24,004 nucleotides of DNA. Origin: a candidate division WOR-3 bacterium. GTDB taxonomy: Bacteria; Hydrothermota; Tepidihabitantia; SM23-42; CAYGYG01. The notes under the pieces were generated by a model. It was given only the letters and a program-made list of their open reading frames with translations, searched no databases and was not told the DNA's origin. A program made the position numbers and the translations under genes. Location: positions 1 through 24,004 of the forward strand of contig CBFGIV010000033.1 in NCBI GenBank assembly GCA_965648915.1, given 5' to 3'. Position 1 is the first letter of the stretch. Every line of letters begins with the position of its first letter. Shown here piece by piece: positions 9,227 through 18,814 of the stretch.

Positions 9227-9991
9227 ATGATGAAGAAGTTCTTATTTGGGTTGGGTGCAGTAAGTCTGGTTATTCTGTTTTTTATCGGATGTGAGGAGAT
9301 GGCTATTCCACCTGATATATATATATCTTGGGTTTCTCCTTTAGCATATTATGTTTCTGATGCCACGATCTCAATCGATTCCATCAAGGTCTGTGTTAAA
9401 TCGAAGAATTCGGTCGATTCATATCTCGATGCGATCCAGTGGGAGTATTATGATCAGACCAATACCCAGGTTGGAACAATCTCTGAGCCCTTCCATGTCT
9501 ATCTTCCAATACCGGGAAAAATAGATACAGGAAAAGCTGATTCAGCCTGGATCTGGGGTATCTCTATTCCGATTCAGCAACTCATTACCCATATGGTTGC
9601 TAACAATCAGACCAGTGGCTCGGCCCGTCTGATCCTTACTGCCCGAAGTCAGTATAATAATGAAGAGACAGATACGGTCTCCTGTTATATCGGAGTATAT
9701 CGCGCGGTTCTCTATAACTTATCACTCTATACCGAAGCTGATAGTGTGCCCCGGAATGGTACATTGGGTGTATTTGCCCGCATCGACAGCATCGGAATTG
9801 GTATTGCGGGTCAGCAGGTTGTCTTTGCGGTCGATGCCGGCTGTTCATTAAATCCTAAAGTAGTTTCAACCGATAATACCGGGTACGCAAGGACCACTCT
9901 CTATGCTGGATCAATACCGGATACGGCGGCTATGATTACGGCTTCGAATAGAATAGCCGGGACCAAGGTGAAATTCATCAAAGTTTATTAA
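9227..9991 (+). CDS. Lipoprotein with C-terminal Ig-like (Big_1/invasin-like) domain
   Basis: SD AGGAGG; signal MMKKFLFGLGAVSLVILFFIG-C (lipobox); C-terminal IAGQQVVFAV...STDNTGYARTTL...ITAS pattern. Confidence 0.7.
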   Translation: MMKKFLFGLGAVSLVILFFIGCEEMAIPPDIYISWVSPLAYYVSDATISIDSIKVCVKSKNSVDSYLDAIQWEYYDQTNTQVGTISEPFHVYLPIPGKIDTGKADSAWIWGISIPIQQLITHMVANNQTSGSARLILTARSQYNNEETDTVSCYIGVYRAVLYNLSLYTEADSVPRNGTLGVFARIDSIGIGIAGQQVVFAVDAGCSLNPKVVSTDNTGYARTTLYAGSIPDTAAMITASNRIAGTKVKFIKVY

Positions 9992-10016
9992 CAAATAACC
10001 GGATTCGGATAGTTAT

Positions 10017-10053
10017 AAAGAGAGGTGGTTTTATACTGCCTCTCTTTTTTTTT
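10017..10053 (+). terminator. Rho-independent terminator
   Basis: AAAGAGAGGTGG-TTTTATA-CTGCCTCTC followed by a run of 9 T. Confidence 0.9.
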
Positions 10054-10105
10054 AAATTCGGATAGTGTGATAATTAAGAATCATCGTACCATTCGATTCT
10101 TGGTG

Positions 10106-10134
10106 TTGACAGGGCGCAACAATTCAATTATAAT
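10106..10134 (+). promoter_or_regulatory. Consensus sigma70 promoter for the exbB operon
   Basis: TTGACA-17bp-TATAAT, exact consensus. Confidence 0.85.
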
Positions 10135-10192
10135 GATAAGTTAAGATTATTGGTATGGATATCTTTGTTATTATCAGGAATAAGGAGGAAGT

Positions 10193-10816
10193 TTGAGTCT
10201 CTTCGATTTAGCAGTGAAGGGTGGTGTGATGATGATCCCGATTCTGCTCTGTTCGATTATTGCCGTTGGAATAATAATTGGCAAATGGCGTGAACTCCGT
10301 CGAACCCAGAGGGGCTCACAGTTACTAATCCTGAAGATGAAGAATATTCTTGCATCGGGAACTATTGAAGAGGCGATCAGGTACTGTGAGCAATCCCGGG
10401 ATCTGACCGCCCATCTTATGATCGAAGGGTTAAAGAGGTCGCGGGCATCCCGGGCTGAGATAAATGACGCCTTAGAGAAGGCAGGTCGGGACGAGTTGTT
10501 CAAGTTAGAAAAATATATTCCAACGCTCGCAACAATTGCTGGGCTGGCACCGCTTTTGGGCTTTTTAGGAACTGTTACCGGTATGGTTAATGCCTTTATG
10601 ACCATCCAGCAATTAGGTGGGAATGTAAATGCATCGGTCCTGGCCGGTGGTATCTGGGAGGCTTTGATCACAACGGTTGCCGGTTTGATTGTTGGTATCA
10701 TTGCGCTGATCTTTTACAATCACTTTACCGCCAAGATTCAGCAGATTGCCCACGAATTGAGCAATATCTCTTTTGAACTTAATGAATTTATCAGTCAACT
10801 CGCACCAAAGAGATAG
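10193..10816 (+). CDS. exbB: MotA/TolQ/ExbB proton channel protein
   Basis: SD AGGAGG plus TTG start; LATIAGLAPLLGFLGTVTGM, GGIWEALITTVAGL. Confidence 0.92.
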   Translation: MSLFDLAVKGGVMMIPILLCSIIAVGIIIGKWRELRRTQRGSQLLILKMKNILASGTIEEAIRYCEQSRDLTAHLMIEGLKRSRASRAEINDALEKAGRDELFKLEKYIPTLATIAGLAPLLGFLGTVTGMVNAFMTIQQLGGNVNASVLAGGIWEALITTVAGLIVGIIALIFYNHFTAKIQQIAHELSNISFELNEFISQLAPKR

Positions 10817-11221
10817 ATGGAGATAAAGTCCAATCTTAAATATATTGCCGCCTTCAACTTTGTTTCACTAACGGATATTGTGATGCTTTTACTTATCTTC
10901 TTCCTGCTTGCCTCATCTTTCCTTCTCCAGCCCGGGATCAAAGTAAAACTGCCCAAGGCCCGTGCTGTTGAATCGGAAAGTGAGAAGAATATCATCCTGA
11001 CTTTGACCAGCGAAGGTAATGTCTTCTTCAATTATGAATCGATTGCCTGGGATGATCTTCCGGCAAGGTTATATCAGTCAGTGTTAAAACAACCTGGTTC
11101 GATGATTGTAATTATGGCAGACGAAGATGTTCCTTTAAATCTTGCGGTAAAACTACTTGATATTGCCCGGGGAGCGGGTGGTGAAAAATTCTTCATCGCC
11201 ACTCAACCCAAGAGTGATTGA
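10817..11221 (+). CDS. exbD: ExbD/TolR biopolymer transport protein
   Basis: N..SLTDIVMLLLIFF with the essential TM Asp; V.LPKA; ADEDV. Confidence 0.92.
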   Translation: MEIKSNLKYIAAFNFVSLTDIVMLLLIFFLLASSFLLQPGIKVKLPKARAVESESEKNIILTLTSEGNVFFNYESIAWDDLPARLYQSVLKQPGSMIVIMADEDVPLNLAVKLLDIARGAGGEKFFIATQPKSD

Positions 11222-11886
11222 TTGCAATGGCAAGATCATTCTCGCTCTCAATTGTCCTGCACGGACTTATACTGCTTATTCTCTATTCGATTTATATTGA
11301 AATAAGAACACCACTGAAGGAATTTACCGAACTATCAATCGGTCATATCGGATCGATACCGTTGATCAATCTTACCGAAAAGAGCATGACAGGTCTTGAC
11401 CGGCCTTCGGGAGCAAAACCCCCTTTATTGAACCAGGTGATCGGCGAGCCGATAAATATCGGGAAGTATGAAGCCCCAACCGTCGAGACGATTAATCTCC
11501 TCAGAAGGAGTTTAAGTTCGTTTTCGATTACCCCTCTATCTGAAAAAAAAAGTATCGTTCAGGGTGAAATTGAAGATGTCGTAGGTGCCAGGGGGGGCGG
11601 AGAGATGACCGAACCTTACCTTATTGAAGGTGCGGCGGCACAGCGTCGGATCATAACAAAAGTTATACCAGAATATCCGCCTAACTATCAGAAGGAAGCG
11701 ATAATTACCTTAAGTTTTCAGATTTTACCTTCGGGTCTGGTGACCGGCATTGCCATCGAGCGCAAAGGTGACCCAACCCTTGAACAGATTGCAGTTGATG
11801 CCTTCAAGCAGTGGATCTTTGAGCCGCTGCCGGAGACAACTGAGAATCAGTTCGGCCGGATTACCTTTATTTTTAAGGTTAGATGA
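11218..11886 (+). CDS. tonB: TonB family energy transducer (start 11218 or 11227)
   Basis: N-terminal TM with SxxxH (SIVLH); C-terminal PEYP...F.I...G.V...A..A.KQW.F.P TonB_C pattern. Confidence 0.8.
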   Translation: MIAMARSFSLSIVLHGLILLILYSIYIEIRTPLKEFTELSIGHIGSIPLINLTEKSMTGLDRPSGAKPPLLNQVIGEPINIGKYEAPTVETINLLRRSLSSFSITPLSEKKSIVQGEIEDVVGARGGGEMTEPYLIEGAAAQRRIITKVIPEYPPNYQKEAIITLSFQILPSGLVTGIAIERKGDPTLEQIAVDAFKQWIFEPLPETTENQFGRITFIFKVR

Positions 11887-12920
11887 ATCTAACAATAACT
11901 TTAATAGTCATCAACTGTTTTGAAATGGTCTCCTATTCGGTGAATAATTATTCCGCTTATTACAATCCAGCCGGCTTCAATCGTTCTTCAGTATATGAGA
12001 TCCTCGTCGCCCCTAATGATATTGGGAGGATCAATTTTTATAGTTTCTCAGCCGCTTTTAATCAAAACTTGGTGAGCTTCTCGGGCAGTCAACCGCCCTA
12101 TCTCTCAAAGAACTGGTTCTCAGGTGCGCACGCTTTCAGGATACCCCTTGCGGTTGGATTGAATTTAGGCCTGGAGAAGGATTCAGCGACTAAAGACAAT
12201 CGATTTTTTATGGACCTGGGTCTTCATTCAAAATCCCCAGTCGATAAGTTCTTAAGTCTGCCGAAAGCAGTTATTAAGTCGGGTGTGGTGGGTTATAACC
12301 TGTTAAATCGGGATAACCGTGCCATCCGGGGCGGACTGACTCTCGAATACAATTTTCTGAGAGCAAGTTTTGAACTCAATGATCTGCTCGCTACACACTA
12401 TTTTAGTTCTTATCTTTCCCTTGGTGGCAGGTGGATCAAAAAAGATTTTGCGGCCGAAGCCGGTATCGGGATAAGTGATCGATATTTCACCTGTGGCTTA
12501 AATTTCAACTTCCTCAATTTTAACTCAGGGATAACCTATATTGCTGATCCTGAGCATACAATAAAATTTAATATCGGGCTTGCCTTTAAGCAGAGGGTTA
12601 TTGAAAAGACGATTGTTAGAGAAAAAGAAGTAGAAAAGATAAAAGAAGTAGTTGTTGAGAAGCCGATCTTTATCGACCGGGTCGTTGAGAAGCCATCCCG
12701 GGAAAAGAAATATGACCGGCTAACATTGAAACAGAAGAGATTTCTGAAGGAGCACTATCAATTAGGCATAAAATATTACACCGAAGGAAATCTGCAGGCA
12801 GCGATTGCTGAATGGGAGAAGGTTTATGCGATCTGTCCTGAATATGAGAATGTTGAGATTAATCTGACCAACACCAAGGAGAAGTTAAAGAAGATTGAGC
12901 AGGGTAATAGAGATGAATAA
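11883..12920 (+). CDS. Hypothetical exported protein: beta-barrel-like N-domain (PorV/PorQ-like YYNPAG motif), EKxV-rich linker, C-terminal TPR
   Basis: AYYNPAG; amphipathic beta strands; EKEVEKIKEVVVEKPIFIDRVVEKP; HYQLGIKYYTEGNLQAAIAEWEKV...PEY TPR. Confidence 0.5.
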   Translation: MNLTITLIVINCFEMVSYSVNNYSAYYNPAGFNRSSVYEILVAPNDIGRINFYSFSAAFNQNLVSFSGSQPPYLSKNWFSGAHAFRIPLAVGLNLGLEKDSATKDNRFFMDLGLHSKSPVDKFLSLPKAVIKSGVVGYNLLNRDNRAIRGGLTLEYNFLRASFELNDLLATHYFSSYLSLGGRWIKKDFAAEAGIGISDRYFTCGLNFNFLNFNSGITYIADPEHTIKFNIGLAFKQRVIEKTIVREKEVEKIKEVVVEKPIFIDRVVEKPSREKKYDRLTLKQKRFLKEHYQLGIKYYTEGNLQAAIAEWEKVYAICPEYENVEINLTNTKEKLKKIEQGNRDE

Positions 12921-13698
12921 TCTGATCGGTTATCAGGCGCTCTTTGACTTTGATTCAATCCCCTCCTGTATTAAATTTGCTCGGCAGCACGGTTTTGCTT
13001 TCGTTGAATTACACCTGAACAATATCAACTTCTTCCGGGCGCTGGAAGATTCATCTCCGCCGAAAAATTTTGATATCCTCATTCATGCTGCTGATGGTTT
13101 TAATCTTTTCACCCCTTCGGCTAATTTAAGACAGGCCGCGGTCAACTACCTCAAGTATCAGATCAATCTCGCCTGCCGGATCAAGGCGAGATGTCTCACC
13201 TTTCACATCGCCACCGATGTTCCTTTTGCCATCGAGGGGGTCAAACATTATGGCCATGAATTCTTTCCGGAGGAATACCGAAAATGGGTATATGATGGCC
13301 TGGCCGCGGTGAGCAGGTTTGCCGGTCGTAAAATTAACCTGTGTGTCGAAAATACTGCCGGTTATCGACATCCGATGGTTCGGGAAATTGTCGATCAACT
13401 GCTCGGTAAAGGGCTATTTCTAACCTGGGACTTCGGCCATACCAATTGTCTCGACCCTAAACGTCGGCAAGAGGAACTTGCCTTTTTTGCAAAGCATCGG
13501 GCGGAGATTAAAAATTGTCATCTCCATGATAATGATCATCACATCGATCAGCATTTGAGGATTGGTGCGGGCACGGTCGATTTTTGCCACTTCCTGAAAA
13601 TTCTTGGTTCATCTCGCCCCTATCTTACGATCGAGACCCGACCCAGGAAGAATGTCATTAGTTCACTCTCTTACTTAAAAAAGATTTTACAATGTTGA
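12913..13698 (+). CDS. Sugar-phosphate isomerase/epimerase (AP endonuclease 2 TIM-barrel) family metalloprotein
   Basis: VEL, IHA, FH, VEN, DFGH, HLHDN, DQHL.IG.G.VDF, IE; ATG at 12913 overlaps the end of the upstream gene. Confidence 0.85.
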   Translation: MNNLIGYQALFDFDSIPSCIKFARQHGFAFVELHLNNINFFRALEDSSPPKNFDILIHAADGFNLFTPSANLRQAAVNYLKYQINLACRIKARCLTFHIATDVPFAIEGVKHYGHEFFPEEYRKWVYDGLAAVSRFAGRKINLCVENTAGYRHPMVREIVDQLLGKGLFLTWDFGHTNCLDPKRRQEELAFFAKHRAEIKNCHLHDNDHHIDQHLRIGAGTVDFCHFLKILGSSRPYLTIETRPRKNVISSLSYLKKILQC

Positions 13699-15419
13699 TC
13701 TTAATCTATTTTACCCTTCTGACTTTTTTTCAAGATTATCAGCATTTCGTCGATACCAGGAAAGCGGACCAACTACTTGTCGAATTTGGCCGGGATACGA
13801 CCAATTATGCTATCCTGGAGAATGACCCGGTTAAAATCTGGTTTATCCGTAATCACTTCCCCAATGAAAAGATTGAATCGCTGATGGTCGCTACCCGTCC
13901 TTTTCCACGCCAGCCCGAGATATCTTCAGTCCTGCGCTATGAGGCACTCCGGGCTAATGATTATAAGACTAAAATTAGAAAATTGAAGCAGGCCTGGCAA
14001 CTCGATCCGTATGCATTTGATAATTTCTTATCCTTGCTTGCCCTATCATTAAAATTGAAGGAGAAGATACTGGCGCAAGAGACGCTCTTAAACCTACCAG
14101 AAATTATTAAGGATTTTCAAGTTCAGGTTCTTTTGCTAACCAATGTGATTCTGGTTATTTATCTGGTTCTGATCGGACTCGGTTTTTTATATATTGCGGT
14201 TCAACTCTATCGATATTTTCCTCTATTTGCCCATCGTCTGGGATTTCTCAATCATGGGCTCAAGGATTTCGTCGGTGCGGCCTTGCTTCTTACACCTCTG
14301 ATCCTTTTCCTTAACATCTATCTGCTCGTCGTTATCTATTCTGTCTTCTTACTCTTGATTCTAAATGGCCGGGCAAGAAACTGGCTCAGGCTTTTTTTGG
14401 TGTTGATCCTCTTTTCTTTACCCCTAAGTTACCCTCTATCTATTTTTGCTGATTTTCTCCAGCGCCGGGCCCGGACCTACGAATTATATTCCTATCTGAA
14501 GATTACCTATCCTGAACCCAAGATGAAATTTACCCGACCGGATGAATTATTTATTGCCGCCTATTCCCTGAAGAAGAGAAATCTGCTGGAAGGGGCGCAG
14601 GCCCTGTATGAAGATCTGCTACCGCATGCGAGTAACAGTTATGCCGTCCTGAACAATGCGGCCAATGCTCTGTGTGCGTTGAGGAAATTTTCGGTCGGTG
14701 AATCACTCTATCAAAAGGCAATAAGACTTGCACCTCATCGCGGCGAAGCCCACTTCAATCTGGGCTGGTGTTATCTTAAGGAATTGAAATTTTACGAGGC
14801 CTCAAAAGAGATCGATAAGGCCAAGACCCTTAATTTTACCCCACCGGTTGAAGATTATTACGACATACCACCTGATGAATCTTTCTTCTGGAAGAGCCTG
14901 CTCAGTGAGAAACCACGTCTTTCTCTGATATTCAGTATCAAATTTCTGATTCCGATCCTGCTGGTACTTTTCTTTTCCTATCTTATAAAACCGATCAGTC
15001 CACCCCATTACTGCTCACTCTGTGGACGTCCTATCTGCAGTAAGTGTTCAGCAGTTGCGGGTGAAGATATCTACTGTAACAACTGCTGGTCAATAATCTC
15101 CAGGCCGAAAGATGAAAAATATGAAACGTCGATCCAGGAGCAGATTCAGGCGAAACGACAATTGGTGGAAAAGATTAAAATCATCGGCCTGACGATATTA
15201 TTGCCCGGGCTGGGACATTACTACAAGGAGAGAATTTTGACCGGTGGACTGCTGGCTTTTTTACCAGTAACCTTTTATATCCTCTACTTCTTCAATGGGT
15301 ATTTAATAAAACCTGCCTACTGGGTTCCACAGCCCCTTGTCGGTCTGATTACGATTGTCGGGCTGCCAATCGTTGCTCTCTGTTATATTATTGCCTTCAT
15401 TTCTATTTTGAGGAGTTGA
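13692..15419 (+). CDS. Multi-pass membrane protein with TPRs and a Cys-rich Zn-finger (B-box-like)
   Basis: Several TM segments; TPRs (LNNAANA...YQKAIRLAP...AHFNLG); CSLCGRPICSKC...YCNNC; C-terminal LLPGLGHYY TM motif. Confidence 0.7.
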   Translation: MLILIYFTLLTFFQDYQHFVDTRKADQLLVEFGRDTTNYAILENDPVKIWFIRNHFPNEKIESLMVATRPFPRQPEISSVLRYEALRANDYKTKIRKLKQAWQLDPYAFDNFLSLLALSLKLKEKILAQETLLNLPEIIKDFQVQVLLLTNVILVIYLVLIGLGFLYIAVQLYRYFPLFAHRLGFLNHGLKDFVGAALLLTPLILFLNIYLLVVIYSVFLLLILNGRARNWLRLFLVLILFSLPLSYPLSIFADFLQRRARTYELYSYLKITYPEPKMKFTRPDELFIAAYSLKKRNLLEGAQALYEDLLPHASNSYAVLNNAANALCALRKFSVGESLYQKAIRLAPHRGEAHFNLGWCYLKELKFYEASKEIDKAKTLNFTPPVEDYYDIPPDESFFWKSLLSEKPRLSLIFSIKFLIPILLVLFFSYLIKPISPPHYCSLCGRPICSKCSAVAGEDIYCNNCWSIISRPKDEKYETSIQEQIQAKRQLVEKIKIIGLTILLPGLGHYYKERILTGGLLAFLPVTFYILYFFNGYLIKPAYWVPQPLVGLITIVGLPIVALCYIIAFISILRS

Positions 15420-15420
15420 G

Positions 15421-16386
15421 ATGCCCCTCGAAGGTAATTTAAAGAGTCTTAACCTAGTCGCCGTTCTCCAGTTGATCAGCAATGAAAAGATGTCCGGGCT
15501 CCTTCATGTCCGATGTAAAGCGGAGGCGGTTTGTATCGGGTTTGTTGAGGGAATGATCAGCGGTGCCTTCTATGAGAAGGGTGGCCGGCAGGAGCGGATC
15601 GAAAATTATCTTGTAAAATCAGGAATGGTCAGTAAGGAGAATTTTGCTAATATCACCCGGCTTCAGGCATCAACCCATCAACCCATCATTAATCTCCTTA
15701 TTGAAAATAACTATCTTAAGCAGGATGAAGTTGAAATGATTATAAAATTTAAGATTCAGGAAGTTCTCGATGAGGTCTTTGTCTGGACTGAGGGTGATTT
15801 TAAGTTTGAAGAGAATAAAACCATTTATCCTAAAAGCATCATAAAGATCAAACTCAACACCGAGGTGGTTATCCTTGAAGGTATGCGGCGCATCGATGAG
15901 TGGCCCAGGATCATTAAAGCGATTCCCTCTCCTGAACTTGTCTTCAAAATTAAGGAAAAGCCCGATATCAAAATTGAACTCACCGCTGAGGAGAAGCGTG
16001 TCTATGATCTTGTCAATGGGAAAAGGACCGTTCAGGAAATTGTTGAAGATAGTGCACTGGGCCGTTTCCGGACCTATTCGGCGCTTTTTCATCTCTGCTC
16101 CACAGGGCAGATTGAGACTTTCTATATTAAACCGGCAGTCAAAGAGGGCTTCGGTTTAAAATTTTCCTTAAAGTTCCTCTTGATACCGATTGAAATCTTA
16201 TTGCTTCTTGTTTATTTAATCGCAATTGGTGGTATTGGCTTTTTCATAAGGCAGCAGAAATTGGTCCGGTTCAATCCGGTGAGATTAAAATCTTTTAATT
16301 ATCTTAAGGCTGACCAAAGTGAAATATTTTATCTGCTTAATAATCGTTTACCGACTGCTGATGAATTGAGGGAGAACTTCGATTGA
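15421..16386 (+). CDS. DUF4388 domain protein with C-terminal TM helix
   Basis: LEGNL....L..VLQL......SG.L, W.EG.F.F, ILEGMRRIDEW, V.G.RTV.EI. Confidence 0.85.
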   Translation: MPLEGNLKSLNLVAVLQLISNEKMSGLLHVRCKAEAVCIGFVEGMISGAFYEKGGRQERIENYLVKSGMVSKENFANITRLQASTHQPIINLLIENNYLKQDEVEMIIKFKIQEVLDEVFVWTEGDFKFEENKTIYPKSIIKIKLNTEVVILEGMRRIDEWPRIIKAIPSPELVFKIKEKPDIKIELTAEEKRVYDLVNGKRTVQEIVEDSALGRFRTYSALFHLCSTGQIETFYIKPAVKEGFGLKFSLKFLLIPIEILLLLVYLIAIGGIGFFIRQQKLVRFNPVRLKSFNYLKADQSEIFYLLNNRLPTADELRENFD

Positions 16387-16403
16387 AATTTTGAAAAACC
16401 CTA

Positions 16404-17327
16404 TTAGCTTCTTAAGTTTTTAATAAAATCACCGACCCCATCATCCAGGATTTTCAATTCCTTGACCATCACCATGCCCATCACTTCAACCTTCCTTATA
16501 TGATCGAGCCGATTGAATAATTCAATCAACTCATCAATTCCCCAGATATCTCTCTCGATCTGGAAATATCTTTTCTTAAACCAGGGCGTATAGGGGACTT
16601 TATCAATCCCATACTTCTTTAGTAATTTAATAAGTTTCTCCTCAATCAGTTCTGTTGTCAGGCCCAGATGGATATGGGTAAAATTATGTATCCTGGTCCA
16701 GTCGAGATTGGGCAGGATCAAGACGATCCCCCTTTTATTTTCTTCATCCCATAAAAGTTTATCGAGTTTAACCCGAATGGCTTTTTCCGTCAATTGTTCC
16801 TTATCGGCCAGTTCCGAAATTGAAAGGGTCGGCTTGATACTGAGATTATAAAGGAGATCAATTTCAATCTTCGAAAGTTCCTGCCTTACGGGAAAGGTAA
16901 ACTTCTTAATCCGGTATAGTTCAACATAATCAACCCCCTCGATCTTTTTGATTAACATCAAATCCCTTCTCAAATTTCTGGTGTAGAAGAGGGCGGTAAC
17001 ATTCGGGCAAGCGCCACGTGATAGATAACGATGAAAAGAGATCTCAGTGATATACGGTAGATGCTGTTTCAGGTGATGGATAAGATATTTTATCGGTCGC
17101 TGTGTCTCCATCTGGGCTAATACCCAGTACCAATCACCACCAGCGAGGGGTGGAAAGAATAATGAGAGGCCATAACCTTTAATGAATCTACTGGCTTCTA
17201 ACTGTTTTATTCTGATTTTAATCTCTTCAGCCGGGAGATTCAACTCCCGGGCTAAAACCGTGAAACGGCTCAAGCCTTTACTCTCGATCCTTCTAATAAT
17301 CTTAAGGTCAGTTTGATCAATATTCAT
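16404..17327 (-). CDS. Tandem (duplicated) Lrp/AsnC-type winged-helix protein
   Basis: Two AsnC-like HTH starts: IDQTDLKIIRRIE...LARELNL..EEI..RI.QLE...IKGY and LSKIEIDLLYNL...SISELADKEQLTEKAIRVKLDKL. Confidence 0.7.
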   Translation of the reverse strand: MNIDQTDLKIIRRIESKGLSRFTVLARELNLPAEEIKIRIKQLEASRFIKGYGLSLFFPPLAGGDWYWVLAQMETQRPIKYLIHHLKQHLPYITEISFHRYLSRGACPNVTALFYTRNLRRDLMLIKKIEGVDYVELYRIKKFTFPVRQELSKIEIDLLYNLSIKPTLSISELADKEQLTEKAIRVKLDKLLWDEENKRGIVLILPNLDWTRIHNFTHIHLGLTTELIEEKLIKLLKKYGIDKVPYTPWFKKRYFQIERDIWGIDELIELFNRLDHIRKVEVMGMVMVKELKILDDGVGDFIKNLRS

Positions 17328-17379
17328 AATTGAGTATTAAGATAAGTTGTGATGCACAAAGAGGAAATGGCTATGTCTC

Positions 17380-18636
17380 CTATTTTTTATTCTTGATAAC
17401 CTTACGACTCTTATCCATTGCGCAGAATTCCCCACACATTGTGCAGGCGAAACCGGTTTGAGATTTCTGGCGGGCAAAGATCTGCCGTGCCCGGGCCGGA
17501 TCCAGTGCCCGACTTATCATCTTCTCCCAGGAGAGATTAAATCTTGCCTTTGATATCTCCTCATCCCATTCTACAGCACCGGCAACACCCTTACCAAGAT
17601 CGGCGGCATGGGCAGCAATTCTTAAAACAATGACACCCTCCCGGACATCATCAACCGTGGGTAGACCGAGATGTTCCGAAGGTGTGACATAACAGAGGAG
17701 GTCGGCGCCGTAATAGCCGGCGAGGGCACCACCAATAGCAGCCACAATATGATCATAGCCTGCCCCAACATCAGTAACCAGTGGGCCAAGGACATAGAAG
17801 GGCGCACCATGACATATCCTTTTTTCGATTTCAACGTTATATTTTATCTGATTGATCGGTATGTGACCGGGCCCCTCGACCATTACCGAGACCCCTTCAT
17901 CCCATGCCGCTTTGACCAGCTTACCAATAACCTTCAATTCACCAATCTGGGCGTCATCGGTGGCGTCGAGGATTGAACCCGGCCTGAGGCCATCACCCAG
18001 GGAAAGGGTGGCCTGGTATCTTTTTGCCAGTTTCAAGAGGCGGGGAAAATATTCGTAGAGTGGATTCTCCCGACGGTTCCTGATCATCCATTCGATCATC
18101 ATTGAACCACCCCGGCTTACCACCCCACAGATCCGGGGTTCCCTCTTTAGCCCTTTTATACTCTTCTGCGTAACCCCGCAGTGAACCGTGATGAAATCGA
18201 CTCCATCATCGAGGTGCCTTTCAATAATCTCAAAAATCTCATTTACCGACACATCGACAAAGGACTTCTTTCGTTTCTTGGCTTCAATCGCCACCTGATA
18301 GATGGGGACGGTGCCAACAACTACCGGTGACTCATTAAGAATCGCTCGACGGATCCGGTCGATGTTGCCACCAGTTGAAAGGTCCATCACCGCATCGGCA
18401 CCGGCCTCAACCGCAACCTTTAATTTCCTCAGTTCCTGTTTTAAATCACAAATGTCGGGCGAAGTTCCGATATTGGCATTGATTTTGGTCCTTAACCCTT
18501 TGCCGACCGCTAAGGGTAAGATTGATCGTTTGCAGCTCCGGATAATAATTGCCGATCCATCCCGCAAATTCTTTCTCAGATTCGAAACCGGAATTCTTTC
18601 TAATTTTGCTATTTTAGTCAAAAGATTAACCTGCAT
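17380..18636 (-). CDS. thiC: Phosphomethylpyrimidine synthase ThiC (short form)
   Basis: KINANIGTS, MDLSTGG, GTVPIYQ, SRGGS, SLGDGLRPG, EGPGH, GYDH, YVTPSEHL, C-terminal CTMCGEFC. Confidence 0.93.
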   Translation of the reverse strand: MQVNLLTKIAKLERIPVSNLRKNLRDGSAIIIRSCKRSILPLAVGKGLRTKINANIGTSPDICDLKQELRKLKVAVEAGADAVMDLSTGGNIDRIRRAILNESPVVVGTVPIYQVAIEAKKRKKSFVDVSVNEIFEIIERHLDDGVDFITVHCGVTQKSIKGLKREPRICGVVSRGGSMMIEWMIRNRRENPLYEYFPRLLKLAKRYQATLSLGDGLRPGSILDATDDAQIGELKVIGKLVKAAWDEGVSVMVEGPGHIPINQIKYNVEIEKRICHGAPFYVLGPLVTDVGAGYDHIVAAIGGALAGYYGADLLCYVTPSEHLGLPTVDDVREGVIVLRIAAHAADLGKGVAGAVEWDEEISKARFNLSWEKMISRALDPARARQIFARQKSQTGFACTMCGEFCAMDKSRKVIKNKK

Positions 18637-18665
18637 ATTTTTTAGTAATTAAAACTTTCTTGGCA

Positions 18666-18693
18666 ATTATATTCAATTTATGATTAGTGTCAA
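18666..18693 (-). promoter_or_regulatory. sigma70 promoter for thiC
   Basis: Minus strand TTGACA-16bp-TATAAT, 29 bp upstream of the ATG. Confidence 0.75.
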
Positions 18694-18726
18694 TGACTGT
18701 CTGGGAAAGATCTAAGATTAAAATGC

Positions 18727-18754
18727 TTGCATAAAATTTAATTTTGGTTATAAT
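18727..18754 (+). promoter_or_regulatory. sigma70 promoter for the hdr operon
   Basis: TTGCAT-16bp-TATAAT; SD AAGGAG before ATG 18815. Confidence 0.65.
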
Positions 18755-18761
18755 CTCGGTC

Positions 18762-18784
18762 GGTGCCAAAGATACTTTGGTGCC
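18762..18784 (+). other. 5' UTR hairpin of the hdr transcript
   Basis: GGTGCCAAAG-ATA-CTTTGGTGCC, a 10-bp stem with two G-U pairs, right at the predicted transcription start. Confidence 0.5.
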
Positions 18785-18814
18785 CAGTACAGAAATAAAA
18801 AAGGAGATTTACCA

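Noticed and set aside
10129..10150. Fur box over the exbB promoter (TATAATGATAAG)
   Set aside because: Only a half-site, largely explained by the -10 box; no palindromic second half.
16404..17327. Fused siroheme decarboxylase AhbAB/NirDL
   Set aside because: The HxYxR-type motifs are not evident and no heme biosynthesis genes are nearby; left as a generic tandem Lrp/AsnC protein.
18637..18814. TPP or cobalamin riboswitch upstream of thiC
   Set aside because: AT-rich region occupied by two divergent promoters; no aptamer motifs seen.
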